The notes under the pieces: generated by a model
The model's input: the letters and a program-made list of their open reading frames with translations, nothing else
What the model was told of the DNA's origin: nothing
Databases searched by the model: none
Assembly (NCBI GenBank): GCA_030264375.1
Contig: JASCQW010000132.1
Span: 78,561,042-78,625,041, forward strand
DNA length: 64,000 nt
Direction of reading: 5' to 3'
From: Carcharhinus longimanus
Taxonomy: Eukaryota
Part shown: positions 24,491 to 38,621 of the stretch, piece after piece
Position numbering within the stretch: the stretch's first letter is position 1
Layout: every line of letters begins with the position of its first letter
Translations under genes and position numbers: made by a program

Positions 24491-25989
24491 CACTTTGAGT
24501 GCATACGGGAGAAGCACATCCATTCAGTCAGATAAGCAAGAGTTTGGTCAAAGTACTCCAGTGCCTTCAAGCAGAAAAACAAGGTAAAGGAGTTGAGATG
24601 TGGAGGGAGAGACGTTCAGAGCTGAAGTTCTACATAACTGAAAGTATGGCCATTATAATAAAATGACAGTGGATCAAGAGGCCAGAAATAGATAAACATC
24701 GATGTCTTGAAGGATGGTGTGACCGGAAAGTTTACAAAGATGCTGTATTGGTGGTTTATTGATTTTTTATTACTGTTATTGAGTTTTTACAATGCCTGCT
24801 CAGATTAAGGCAGTGGAAAAAGGTGAATGTGCTATTATACTGTTGAGAAAACAGGTGGCATTGATGCCATTCATCTGAAAATTCTCCCATAATCCTATAC
24901 CACACAGTCAATCCATCTCATGCACAAAAACATGAACAATATGCAGCTCACAGGAATCCAGCTTTTGAAGGGCAGCGGTTCCAAATGATTGTAATGGATG
25001 ATGAAAAACTAAAGTCCTCTTTTCTTTTATGACTGGATCATTTAAACAATCAGTACAATGACATTAATGGGGAACTCCTGGCTTTGAGAAATGACTAAGC
25101 TGCAAAATCATCCAAAGATGGTGTTTCAACAATGTGCGATCCTTCCAATTATGGCTGTCGGATTAGATCTCTCACACCACAGCCAGGCTATCCATCACTA
25201 CCAAGTGAATTCCTCTGATATTCTATCGAAAAAAACAAAAAAAAATGTGAATCACTATTTCTTTTGATAATTACATCCCCCACTCACACTTAAGCTTTTT
25301 AAGAACAAGTTACAACATACTAACCAAATAGTGCAAGTTATTTAACAACATTTCAGATGGTGAAAGCTCAGTGACTTGTACATTGGGAAAGGTTGGCGCC
25401 TCCATTCATTGAGATAGGGATCTGAGTTCATCATTTAGCTCCAGCCTGTGAATAGCTTAGAAATCTCTTACTACTATCCAGCCAAGGGGGAAAAAACATT
25501 CTTTTAAAATGTTCCAGACAATCTCAACATTTACTTCAAGTCACTGCAATTTTAGTGTCACCAGTGTTTACAGTGTTAAGCCTTGTATATGTTTATTGTT
25601 CATGCATGAATTACTTTTCCATTTATTTGTTATTGTTCTAATCCATGACCCTACTTTCATGTCTAGGTCGGATCTGTTTCATGTAGCATGAATACCATTG
25701 CTTGCCTTTTCATTCACTCGCACAAGAATAATGTACATTCAGATCCACCACTGTTTGCCATNNNNNNNNNNATGGTCATTGTTTGATAGATTTATTGTAT
25801 TCTGTAACCCCAATCCATAGTAAATTTAATAGTATCTTACTTGTTATTTGCTTTGGCCGCTGCCTCCTTCTGACTTCTAACTGAAATTTTATAAGCTTTA
25901 TAGGTATGATTTTATGCTGCCCCCGACAGCGGGAAACAAGGTGTGCTAACTTCATTGTGTAGGAGGCAAAATATCAGATTCCTGACAGC

Positions 25990-26720
25990 AAGATGAAAAT
26001 AAGGCATTAAGTTTGTGGTGTATTGAAGGCAGATTGAGCTTCCTGATGGCATGTGAAAGGAATCTACTTTTAATGCATTAGCATAAAATGGATGTCCATT
26101 GAAACACTATTTCACCAGGTTAAATACTACTTTAGTAATTAAATCTGCAGTGAACGAGAAACACATGTTTTGGAATCACTACTGGTTAAAGATGGCATAC
26201 AGCAGTCGAGCTAGTCTTCCTGGTGGATTTGGACTGAGTTGGAGCTGATTTTTGTGTCTGGGAACTTAGTTTTACCATAGCAGAGAAATCATTGATGCAC
26301 TGAGATTGGGGTGTTCGAAGTGCAAAGGGATCAGAGCATGGCAGATTGAGAGAGGGTGGGTTGTGACAGACCTACAAGGGCTCACTGGGGACAGAGTAAG
26401 GAAGCTGGACTACACAGGGAAGGTTGATGGCCATGGACAGGAGGTTAAGCATGATTGTGAGAAGATCCAGGGTTATTGAGGTAAGAACAATAGCGAGGTC
26501 TTGAGCGTCCAGAGTAACAAGAGAATGTCAAGTGTGATGAAGAGAAGGTCAAAAGTAACTGAGGGAGGAATAGCAATTCAGGTTATCCAGAGGATTGATG
26601 AACAAATGGTCACAACAGTTGACATTCCCTGGGGGGTTTTGGGGCTGAACAGTCAGAAGATTCTAGCAGATGTTGTCATCTCAAGGCATCCACAAACACA
26701 GCCAAACTATTGCTACTAGA
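25990..26720 (-). mobile_element. Decayed L2-like LINE fragment
   Basis: Purine-rich + strand typical of antisense L2 ORF2; no intact ORF. Confidence 0.35.
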
Positions 26721-27693
26721 TTGCAGGGATTGAATGCCTGACCTGGTGCCCTTTAACTATGGAGCCCAGTCCTTAACATGAAGTAATGACAGGATTGTTG
26801 ACTTCCTACCCACCTCCACCACATGATTTGCTGATAAACTCCTGAATTAATATCTAATTGGCAACCTGCAACGCTATTGCATTTGGTCAACCATGCCACC
26901 TATGAACAAATGTCCTGTTCACTTCCAGTCACACCATCCCGCTCAACACCAAAGCAAGATCCTGGCCATTGTATTTTTGCCCTTTGTGTAACTTGACCAT
27001 ATGAATGGACATGCATCAGCAACATCTGACGTTAGCATTATCCAGAAACAGTGGAATTAGCACAGTTAACAACGACGATCCAATCGAGATAATCTATTGT
27101 TTTTGACTTATTCATTGCTTCATGTCTCGGGTGTCGTTAAGTATCTTCAGTTTTCATGTTCTTTGCACTTAATTGAATTGACACAACAGCATCTATTTGT
27201 AGAAGAGGTAAAAAAGAATGTAACTTTCCTTCAGAAGCAATTGCGACTTGAAATGAACTTGTAGATATTGGGTTTGCCTTCCTGTGTTACCTGCAGGTGC
27301 TGCAGGTTGTGTTGTGTTTAATTCGCACCAGGTCGGAGTGAATACAAAGGTCAAATGTTTCCCAAGTTTTTGGTGGGTGAGTTCAGATAGAGTTGAAAGA
27401 TCCAACGTCAACAAAAATAAAAATGAGTTTATTAAGGCTGATTAAGTGGAGCCTTTGAAGACTGTTTGAAAGTTTGTGCACTAGCTTAAAGTTTCAATAT
27501 CTCAGTTGGCTTATTTAGCCTCCTTATGTATTTTTTATTTTAGAATTTAAATTGAATTCAAAAAGTGTATCCATTTTCACTATGGTATGTCCAAAGTGAT
27601 GAAGTAAAAACAATTAATACTCTGTCACTTAGGTCTTTCTTAAAAAAAGGGGCTGAGTAAATGTCTGGTTAGAAATTCGCTTAAAGCATAAAT

Positions 27694-27783
27694 GAACATA
27701 AGAACATAAGTGGCGAAAAACTGCAGCAGGCGACGGTGCAGAGGGACCTCGGGGTCCTTGTGCATGAGTCGCAAAAACCCAGC
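27694..27783 (+). mobile_element. Young CR1 LINE pieces entering the gap at 27784-27883
   Basis: 'aacataagaacataag' (inverted CR1 tail) followed by EKLQQATVQRDLGVLVHESQK (CR1 ORF2 RDLGV motif); CpGs are retained. Confidence 0.7.
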
Positions 27784-27919
27784 NNNNNNNNNNNNNNNNN
27801 NNNNNNNNNNNNNNNNNNNNNNNNNNNNNNNNNNNNNNNNNNNNNNNNNNNNNNNNNNNNNNNNNNNNNNNNNNNNNNNNNNNTCAATCAGATATGATGG
27901 ACTTCTTACAGAAGGGAAT

Positions 27920-28235
27920 TAATAATCCAGAGAACTTGAGTCCAAATCCCACCATGGCAATCTAAGGAGAATAAAATTGCAAGTAAAAAGCTAGTATCTG
28001 TAGAAGTGACCATGAAGTTGTTGGGTTTTTTTTGTCAAAGAAGAACTATTGTTTCATTAAGGAAGGAAACCTTACCCAGTCTGACCTATGTGTGACTTCA
28101 GTCCCATGCCGATGTGGTTGATTCTTAACTATCCATAAGATGTCTTAGCAAGCTTCTCGGTTGTATCAAATATTTCCAAGGCAAGTTGGGAAAGGTAATA
28201 AATAACAGTGTCACCCACAACCCAGGAATGAGTAA
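27920..28235 (+). mobile_element. Copy of the 19677-type tRNA-SINE
   Basis: 'taatccagagaacttgagtccaaatcccaccatggca...gtgaccatgaag...aaggaaggaaacc...gatgtggttgattcttaact...cacccacaacccaggaatgagtaa'. Confidence 0.75.
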
Positions 28236-29054
28236 ATCACTTGTAATTATGTATGAGTCTAGATAAATTGGTTGGGTAACTTAGTTGACTAAATGCTGAA
28301 TTCTGGTTTGAATTGTGAGTTCAGTCAGCCTTCAATCTTTTTCAGATGAACGGGAGTCACACCTTAAAAATATCAATAAATGCAAAGACTAACAGTCGCC
28401 ACACTGTTGCAGTATTTATTGGCAGTTTAGCTATGAAACCATTGCATCAAACAGCATTCCATGCTAATGGAGACTGACATTTAGAGGTACTTTTTCTATG
28501 TGATTACTTAACTGCAATGAATTAACACAGTGGAGTTGAATTTTGTCTATATATATATATATTCCAGCATGGATTAATTCATTTCCTTTCATTTGTCATT
28601 TTATATTTAAATTCCCATTTGTCATATATCCTTTACACATGCTTTAGATACCGCATTGAAATGCAAGATACATAGGGTTTACCCAGCCAAGGAAATCACT
28701 GAAAAATTAACACCCATCAGTTTTTAAAAATTAACAGGCAAACTGTCATGCGTCTTCAGAGAAATAAGAGTAGATTTATGAATCCATCTCCTGATACAGA
28801 GCTCCATGCAGTGGAAATGCTTACTGGGAATTCAGGTAAGATTATTAGTTGACCCCAAAGAATTTCTGTCTTGATCCTCATGCCCGAATTTCCATCAGAT
28901 ATTCCCAGTACGTGAAACTCCATAATGGGGACATAAATTTATAAAATCTATATTGAGGCTAGATTTCATTAGCCTTGGATGGTATCTGGTATCTGAATGG
29001 GACCATACACAAAATCAGCAGTTTGTATTTATTCCATTCCATGACTTCTCTGCC

Positions 29055-29277
29055 CCAAGGGAAGTCCTTGGCTCATTGTCTGCTCATGATTCATCTGGAG
29101 CCATTTGTCTTGGCAGTTTTTATCAGTGATGGTTTGCCATTGCCTTCCACAGTCTGGTGCAGAGTGAGGAAGCAGCTTACAATTCTACCTCAGCTGGATC
29201 AAGAATCAAACCTACCCTATTGGCATTATTCTGAACCATACAGTAGCCATCCAACTAATGGAGCTAACCAGCCACCT
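29055..29277 (-). mobile_element. tRNA-derived SINE with an RTE/Bov-A-like 'GAAGGCAATGGCAAACCA' motif
   Basis: Reverse complement head 'ggtggctggttagctccattagttggatggc...ggtttgattc' and body 'gtggaaggcaatggcaaaccatcactg'. Confidence 0.55.
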
Positions 29278-31563
29278 TGCAATTAAGGAGCATATTTAAT
29301 GTTGTGAAACATCCCAAAGGGGGAAAGGCATGAAGAGAAATTTAGAGAGGGATTTCCAGAGCTTCAATTCAGGATATCATTAAAACACAAGCCAAAATTT
29401 TGAAATGTTTATATATTCATATGTCACACACCATGTCCTCACATGTCATACGTTTTGATGGGTCTTTCTAAGTAAGTCTTTCTAAAAAGAGACGAGAGAA
29501 AGCCAATTACTCATCTGTAATCTGAAATTTACAATAAATTAACAATGTCTAACTAATCTCAGTTCCAGTTATTGTACTCACAGGATGTACTTGGGCAGTG
29601 AAGTTAAAAGTACAGGCCAGATGAGCTGTGCTCCAGCTTCAGATACTCTATTTAAATATGAAGTGTTAATAAATTTACCAAATTTCTTGCAGGCAGTTGT
29701 AAAACAACTTAACATTGAAATATAATTACTTTTAATGAGAATCAGACCAAGGTTTAGCGTGTCCATTCATATTGGTACTGATCACTGCAAACGCTGAAGA
29801 TCCCTCTCTCCCTCTTCCTCTCTCCCTCCCATCCATCATTAAAAGCTTATTTGTTGAAATGTATTGTGTGTGGGGATTGATATCAATATTAATCACAACA
29901 AAGTCTGTTATTTTATATATTGCTTGGACAAGCTGTATTCTGGAGAAGCTGATAATCATCACTTGGTGTGTTTCTGTATTCTCTATGGATAATTGGTAGT
30001 TGACAGTGTTACCATAAATCTGTGGCAAAATCTATTTGGGAGTGAATTGCCCTTTCTAAAATAAATAGCTTGGTTTGCCTTTGTTCCAATGCTCTAGGGT
30101 TTCCACTGATTTTCCTACAAATCCCTGGAAAAATTCCAGCGGAAATTTCAGCTATTTGTGACAAATGATACTCAAACTCTTTTAATACCTCTGTTGGAAG
30201 ATATCGACAACTTAAAGGCTCTCCACCTTTCCCCTTCTTCTTCAATGTACTTTGTAGAATATATTAACCCTGAATTTCCATCAGGATGCTCCAATCTCTC
30301 ACAATAACTCAAGCTGGAGATCAGCAAAATTATCAGAGAACCAGCTAACCCTGTTCAGCTGTATCTCCAGATTTCCTGACACTGGAGACTCCAATACATG
30401 TTTTCCCTTTTACTTTCTGGGAATGTTTCTGATCAATATCTTCTAATTCTAACCTTCAGATGTCCAAGTTCCTTCTCCCTCCTCTTTAAAGGGGTCCACT
30501 TTCACTCTATCAGAGGCTGGTGAACCTCACTTCACTTCAGCCCCGGATCCTTGCTTAAAGGACCTTCATGGCAGAGGCTTTACCCCTTACAAGATCCAAA
30601 GGGAACCCTAGGATCCAGGACATTCATATACCATGCATTTTTAAAGTCACCTTGATGGACTTCTGAATGAGTCACAACTGAACTCCAGTCAAACAGTTGG
30701 GTGTATTGAGCTGCTAAAAGTTACAGAACGCTCTGACCAGTACCTACACTGTTATATCTTTCATGTTATGTTCCAAACTTATTTTCTGTTGACAAAATCT
30801 CATAACCATCTTGTTCTAATGTCTATGGTACTCAGCTCCACCACAGCATGTGAAATAGAGAGGGATACATTGGTTAAGGAGTTAGAAACTATGGACAATG
30901 TGGGTATAATTATATTCCCCTCTCCGCTTGTTGGTGAAAATAAACTACCAATGTGCAACTTAACTGAGTATTCTTTCAGAGATACAGTGACACAGATTGT
31001 TTTCCCCCCACCTCTACAACAGACAGGGACATATAAAATGTCATGGGCACTATTGTTGCCACCTACTCCTTCACCCCTGCCCTGTCACAATTTTACCAGC
31101 GGGAAAGGATTCGTTGGCTGGCCCACCTATGGGCTAATCAGTCTGCGGATGGTATTTAACCAGCGGAGGGGAAAAGATGCCCATGCCAAGTGCACATTCT
31201 CACTACCAAGCTGGTGGCAGGCAATGATGGTAGGGGAGAACAGGAGAAATGACTCCTTGACAGACCCTGGACCTATGAGACGGCCCCCTCCCAGGTATTT
31301 CCCTGTTTCATCTCAGAGCCCACTTCTCTGTCCCCTCTGATCCACCCAGCCCAGTCCTTTACCCGCAACTTGCTTTCTAGACTGGTCCTGGCAATATCCC
31401 TTCCCGACTTACTTTCACTCCAGACCTGGCTCCTCAGTCTTAAGAATTATTGCAGTCCTAGCACTGGCCACTGCTTCCGGTAGCACTATTGGGACCTGAG
31501 GATTACTGGCCATTTGATTTGTTAGCAGTTCTCTGATGCAGTAGCGGCTCGGTTGCACAGTGA

Positions 31564-31880
31564 GGTGGCATGGTGGTACAGTGATTAGAACTGGTGCGTT
31601 ATAGCGCCAGGGACCCAGGTTCAATTCCAGCCTCGGGTCACTGTCTGTGTGGAATTTGCATGTTCTCCTCCATCTGCGTAGATTTCCTCCGGGTGCTCTG
31701 GTTTCCTTCCACGGTCCAAAAGGTGTGCTGGTTAGGTGCATTGGCCATGCTAAATTCTCCCTCAGTGTATCCGAACAGGCGCTGGAGTGTGGCAACTACG
31801 GGATTTTCACAGTAACTTCATTGCAGTGTTAATGCGAACCTACTTGTGACACTAATAAATAAACTTTAAACTTAATCTTT
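31564..31880 (+). mobile_element. V-SINE, alternative-tail subfamily, inserted in an older GC-rich element (about 31030-32050)
   Basis: tRNA head and V-domain, then 'ctcagtgtatccgaacaggcgctggagtgtggcaactacgggattttcacagtaacttcattgcagtgttaatg...gtgacactaataaataaacttta'. Confidence 0.9.
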
Positions 31881-33809
31881 AAAACTTCAAACTTAAAACT
31901 GTTTTCCTGCCTGAAACAAATTACTATCCTTCCAAGTGTTAAACGCCTATGGGATGAGCCGGTGGAGCAGGGTTGGGCACACCCCTTCTTCTCCGACAGG
32001 GGTGGGGGGCTGTGTAGAGATCCCCATGTCCCATTAAATCTAATCCTTGATGTTCAACTTGCTGTAAATGGTGATGAATCATTATTTTGTATTAAGCTGT
32101 AGCACCAAATGTAAAATATTTTCGATGCACTACTTATCCTTATCTTGTGAGGAACAAAGTAGTGAAAATTCCAGTGTAACAATGAGTTGATTATGAGGTG
32201 TAAAGGAGCAAGTATTATGAACCAGCTCAGTGTAATGAAAAATGTATCACATACTTACAGTGCCTGGATTTATATTTTTTTCTGCAATTTTCTCCTGTCC
32301 TCTTCTGAATGTGTTCAGTAATGAGGGATATGCTTGCATAGGTTCTAGCAGCTCTAAGTAACTCAGTAACATGGCCACTCAGTACATGTGAACGCAAGCA
32401 ACAAATGCAAATATTTTTGACAATGGGGGGCATCACTCTCAAGGCCAACCCTGTCCTCCACTGTGGTCCCACATGTGCAAGTTCAAAAGGACAAGTAGAA
32501 TAATAATTCTGACCCCTTGTTTGGAGGTACTGGGGATGAAATTATCCATTGCCTTCAACACTAAATAGGCTAATAGCAAATTAACAGCCCGTTTTACACT
32601 GTTCCCAATTTTATTTTCATTTGAAGTTGACTCACTGTTAGACCACTTTTGCTGCTCACCAATATGCGCCCCCCTGCCCACCCCCCACTCTCTGCAGTTA
32701 ATCATTATGACTGCTCTGTTTTAGGTCAGGTGATTCACTACAGCCTAGTGATTGGAGATGGATAGGGCTTCTCTGATATGGATGACTCAGTGCCACACTC
32801 TGTCATCAGGAAACACATGGGCCACGTTGTATGACTAAGAAGTTGCTTCCAATTATTGGAAGCCATTCACCTATGATGGTCTGTTTTCTGAATGAGAAAT
32901 GAACGATAGCTGCAGAGTATGTGCATCATTTTGTTTAACAGTATTAGTACTTGTCTTAATTAAGGTATAAATAGAATCTTGAAGAAATCGGTTACTCTTA
33001 ATGGATCCATGCCAAGCATTTATTACCAGAGAACTCTTAAGTGAAAAGTCATTTGTTGCAGATAACATTTAAACTATAGGCAGCTAGTCTACAGTAATCT
33101 AACTGTAGTATTGTGTGAGTTGCTGTCTTGTCTAGATGTTAGTCACTAAGTATTGTATAAATTGTTATAGTCCAATATTTTGTACTATGTTTTGACAACT
33201 TGATATTGTCTTGATGTAAATAAAAGATACATAATTTCTCCTAAATTTTGCCTAATATTTAAACAGTTATTTTATAACCTGAGGAATTGAAATTTCGAGC
33301 TAACTGTTTTCAATGAACTTGTGTTTGGGATTAACATCTCACACTCCCAGAATGACAAGACAACTAATTTCAAGTTGATGATCTTTTACTTCATAGAAAT
33401 AGGGAAAAAAAGAAATCCAGGTGAACATTGTTTGTTTCACTAAAAAATTGCAATTTGTTCAGAAGGAAAATTACAACAGGATCTCAGAACGGAGAGAACT
33501 AGTAAACATCAGATAAGAGTGCAGACACTGATGGTGCAGAACTCATGAGCACTAATTGTACATACAAACACAAAAAAAGTGTAGAAAACATTATCAAGCT
33601 CATCACATTTAACCCATCCTGACAAACACATACAACATTTGCCTTCTCCACAAGAGTGGTAGACAGGGAGACCAACCAAGAGATTCAAACGATCTTAACA
33701 TTTGTTTGTAGGTTGATAGTGATAAAAAGACAAATAGCATTTGAGGTATAGCAAAAGAAGGCAATGAGTATTAAAGCAAATCATTAATAAGGACATAAAT
33801 TTTTTAGGT

Positions 33810-33935
33810 TAAGAGGATTAACAGAATAAATACATGGGGTTATTGGGATGGGGCCTGGGTAAGATGCGCGATCAGAGAGTCGGTACAGACTCAATGGACC
33901 AAATGGCTTCCTTCTATACTGTATGGATCCTATGA
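33810..33935 (+). mobile_element. 3' fragment of HE1/V-SINE (CR1-type tail)
   Basis: 'ggggcctgggtaagatg...gtcggtacagactcaatggaccaaatggcttccttctatactgtatggatcctatg'. Confidence 0.75.
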
Positions 33936-36203
33936 AAAATTATTAACAATGTTGCAAAGTTTCATGTGCCCTATTGTAGAAGGGACATTAAAAAGAAATA
34001 ATATACAGTCTAAATTCACAATATTAGTGCCAAAGTTGGAAAACTGTAGTTAGGAACCCATTGCAGTGTAGTTTAAAAAATTTAATGGATCTATTTTTTT
34101 TTCAAATTATGAACAATATAATAGAGAGAATAGGGAAAAATGACTTCCCCAGCTGGGGAGTCAGTGATGAGAGGTCATCACTTAAAATTTAGAAAACGCG
34201 TTAGGATGAAGATTTGGAAGCATGGAATGTTTTGCACAATGAATACTTGAGCAAAGAATCTAACGTATTTCTCAGATGAAATCAGATTGATGTTAGTGAT
34301 AAGAAACTATTAAAAAACTATAGTGCAGAGGACAGAAGTTCCAATGAAATACAAACATGTGCACTTCCAATAGGGACTGGGATTGAAATCCATACTCTTT
34401 TTCCCTGTCCTAATGCATCATATTGACACTAATTGTAGTGCTTCCACTGATGTTCTGCCTGAAACCAGCTTGCTCACCACATGCCAGCAGCTATGTCTGG
34501 AAATTCCTATCCAGGTTGTATGCATGAACACACTAGTTCAAACACTAGGGACTCTTGGTAAAGTTATTAAAAATCAATATATCTCATCTTCGTTATACAG
34601 TGAAAGGGAAAAGAATATTCGTGCAAGTGCCTCAAACTTTGAAAATATAAGCCAGAATGTTGCCAGGTCTCAGAGAATGGGCTGGGTCAACTGAAGAGAT
34701 GTGCAGGGTGTTGGTGCAGTGTTGTGGGTGGGGGGAGAGTGGTGGGTGGTGGTCAACTTCTAAATACTTTTGGTATTTTACTGACAGTGGGAAAGGTGGG
34801 GATGCTGTTCCACATAGAGGCTAACTCAAACATTTAGCAGGCAGCTTAAGGGCCTCTAACTGCCATAGCATTTTACCAGTGACAGATGGGCCCTCCACCG
34901 TATGAGAATCTTCCAGTTTTACCCTTGCATGTTCATAGTAGGGATGCCTTCTAAGCAGGCATCAGTTAACCCACAGAGAGACATCTAGCAGCAGGGTCTA
35001 CTGCCTTGGAAGCAGCCTCACCAACTAACTTCCCCACCCCACATTCCCACTTTTCTTGACTATAACACTGACTTTAATTGAGGTATGCAGAGACCCTGCC
35101 CTGGAGAAGCCAGCTAGAAACTCCAAGATAGCCTGGAACCCTAATTTATAGATCTTGATTTAATTAATGCCTTTTTGTTGTACTGCAATTTCAGTTATGG
35201 TGGCAGTGTACAAGATGGGTTGCAGATTTTCAGCCACTACAAATTTATAGACGTAAAAATCAGAACTCCGTGCAGGCATGTAGGCATGCAGGTGTAGAGT
35301 CCTCTCTTGGTTCATATGTCTGCCAAGGCCCAGCAATGCACACCCAGCAGTATCAGTCTAGTCTGTAAGGAGTAGATTACAATCTGCCCCTCAGTCTCAG
35401 ATGGCAGCTTCAGTCTCTGCGCATATGTTCTACAGACATTGCTATTTTTTTCATTTCCTTGTGTCGAAATACATCAGTCACATTGTGAGATAACTGTTGA
35501 ATTATCTTCTTCAAAGGATTCTTTTTTAAAAATCACAATTGAATGTGAAAACATATTAATGTAGAAAAAATGTTGCTACACATTCAGAATAGATTTATTA
35601 GCCAACAACATACATACCAGATATAAAATATTTATTGGAACAATAGGGTCATTTTTTTTTGCCTCCACCTGGCAGGAGTGGGCAATGAATGCCCCAAAAT
35701 AGTGGCACAGAGCTATACGATGTGCTGGTGTTGATCACTTGGCAGCTGAGTGGAATCTTTTCCTGATCATAAAGGTTGTTAGCACAGGGTGGTGGTCACA
35801 TGGATGGAACTGATCACGAGTGCAGCCTACTATATTTCCAAAACTTGGAATAAGTTGAATAATGGTATACTCTGATTGGCTTTTGTGAGGAGTGCAGCAA
35901 TAACCTGTTTGACCTAGACAGAGGGCACAAAATTTTATTTCGTAATGCCCATATTAAAGTACCAGCCTGCATCAAAGCTTTTCAGCAACAGAAAAAGGAT
36001 CGGCACTTCAACTGACTTATTGTCCTCCCCTTCACTGCAGTGAGAATTCTGAACACCATTTCTTACCAGTCCTACCAAACACTGATAAGCATGACACAAA
36101 AAGTCAATGGCTATTGCAGTATCACGTGGTAGAATCACCCTGCAGACACAGGAGCTAAATCTCCTTGGAGCTGCTGTTGCATTACCATTACCTAATTTCA
36201 CTT

Positions 36204-36513
36204 AAGTTTAAGTTTATTACTAGTGTCATAAGTAAGCTTACATTAACACTGCGATGAAGTTATTGTGAAAATCCAGTAGTTGCCACACTCCAGCACCTGT
36301 TCGGGTTCACTGAAGGAGAATTTAGCATGGTCAATGTACCTAACCAGCACGCCTTTTGGACTGTGGGATGAAACCAGAGCACATGGAGAAAACTTACGCA
36401 GACATATGGAGGATGTGCAGACACTGCGCAGACAGTGACCCAAGTCGGGAATCAAACCCGGGTCCCTGGCTCTGTCAGGCAGCAGTGCTAACCACTCTTC
36501 CACCGTGCCGCCC
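36204..36513 (-). mobile_element. V-SINE, alternative-tail subfamily
   Basis: Reverse complement closely matches the 31564 copy. Confidence 0.9.
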
Positions 36514-37222
36514 TCTTGAAACAAGACAAAATCCCTGTTTAGTGACCTAAACAAATCAATGAAATGGCCATCACTGAAAAATCATGAGTAGCTGGCCAAT
36601 GAGATTCAAATGAGCCTATCATCAACAATTGCAGTCTCTTGCTGGTGGTGTCAGGTAGACGATCTGACCATTTCTGCCCATTGTTTGTCCAATGCCTGCC
36701 AAAACTTAAAATTGGCTCCCACGGCCTAATAATTCTAAAACATTCTAAATTTTAAAACATTGAAATTTTAGATTAAATTACAGCTTACAATGTTTCTATG
36801 ATTAATGACAAATTGATGATATATACAATAAATATATATGATTTCAAAGATTTTCATCACTTGAGCTTTCTTCATATCATGTCTGGGTCTGTTGTAGATT
36901 AATTGTAAGAGATTGAATGCTACAATTAGTCAACAACTCTATTATTGTTGCATCATGTGACTACAAGTCTGGTAAGGTTGGAGTAGATTGACCCTGGTCT
37001 TTTTCCATTAAGCAATTTATATTTTACTCTAAAAGCAATATAAAGCAAAATTGGAAAAGCACATGTTGAATCACAAAATTCTTGGGGTTTTTTTAGTTCA
37101 TTTTCATTAGAAGTATGATTTTTTACATCATATGCATGGATTAGAAAGCATTGATTTATTTATAATGGTTTATTTGTCCATTGATGCTACAAGATTCACA
37201 TTTAATTTATTGGGTGATCCAT

Positions 37223-37526
37223 CAGTGATAAGCACTGCTGCCTCACAGTGCTAGGGATCCGGGTTCAATTCTGGCCTCAGGTCAGTGTCTGTGTGGAGTT
37301 TGCACATTCTCCCCATGTCTGCATGAGTGTCCTCCAGGTGTTCCAGTTTCTTCCCACAGTCCAAAGATATGCGGGTGATTGGCTATGCTAAATTGACCTA
37401 ATGTCAGGAGGATTTGCAGGGTAAATATGTGGGGTTAGGGGGATACGGCCTGGGTGGGATTGTGGTTGGTCCTGACTTGATGGGTTGAATAGTCTCCTTT
37501 TGCATTGTAAGGATTCTATGGATTCT
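37223..37526 (+). mobile_element. HE1/V-SINE with CR1-type tail
   Basis: 'agcactgctgcctcacagtgctagggatccgggttcaattc...ggcctgggtgggattgtggttggt...gcattgtaaggattctatggattct'. Confidence 0.9.
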
Positions 37527-38621
37527 CTCAAATGTCAACAAACTGGATAAAACATTCCAGAGGCAGTCTGTCAACTATATTTAAGTGAAATGACAGAGAA
37601 ATCAAAAGGTTGAGCAAAAACTAGATTATTAAAAGAAAGCATTTCTACTTGGCGTATGTGGCATGTTCAATAACAAATTACAGAGGGAGAAGTGGTTTGC
37701 ATAAATTAAGTCACTATGAAATGACTTAATCACCATACCAGCTTGTGAACTATGTGTCTTCCATTTGTACTTTATTTCTGGTAAAATGTGCCTTGTACAT
37801 ATCCTTTTATGTTTGGCACATAAATCTCAGCAGTTTATCAAAGATTATCAATACAACATATTGTATTGATAATATGTTATCAATTATTATTTGACAACAT
37901 ATTATCAAATATAATACATATCCAAAATTGACACATATTATAGATCTTATAATAAAACATAAAATACATGATCAGAAGACCCTGAACATTAATATATGTT
38001 TGAAAGGAAACTGAACAAACAGGACTAAGAGTAAAATACAGGCAATCCTTGACTTTATGATGTTCCAAGTTATGGCGAACAGCAATTATAACATTTATAG
38101 ACTGGACACACCATTTTGACATCTGAGTGTTGGTTTCAACTTTACACCAGCATGTTTATATGTGAGCATTAATGTCCTGTGTTGCCTGTCTGCAATACTG
38201 AACAGGTTGAATTATCTTTGTTAGTTGGAAATAAATATTTTATTCCGTTAAAATGTTTTTATGCAACCATTATGATTTGAATGTTTTTACATGCTTATGT
38301 TGTATTTAGGATGCACTCAGGCTCACAGGAGTTCAAGGTTAAACAGGCAACTAACAGTGATTGAATGGATTCATTATATTCCCCCACATTAACTGAGGAA
38401 CTTGTGCTAAGTTGTGCAGACATCAAGTTGCCTCAGCGAATTGACAGTGCAAGGAGTAAGAGCATTTAACACCACAAAGTACCCCCTTGAGTGATTTCCA
38501 GCTTTGGTTAAGGAGCCAATCCCCCACTTATAGCACTGTTCCTATGGAAAAATCAGTTTTAACTTTCAATGTGGTTTTCAGGAACTAATTGTGTCCTAAG
38601 TCTAACAATTGCCTGTACTAC

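Noticed and set aside
25365-25490. Possible LF-SINE-like head
   Set aside because: Similarity too weak to support by eye.
30768-31340. 190 aa ORF, the longest in the track
   Set aside because: No motif or splice support; it runs into a GC-rich repeat-like element.
31564-31630. tRNA-like sequences at SINE heads
   Set aside because: Degenerate A/B boxes that continue into SINE bodies; no complete cloverleaf.
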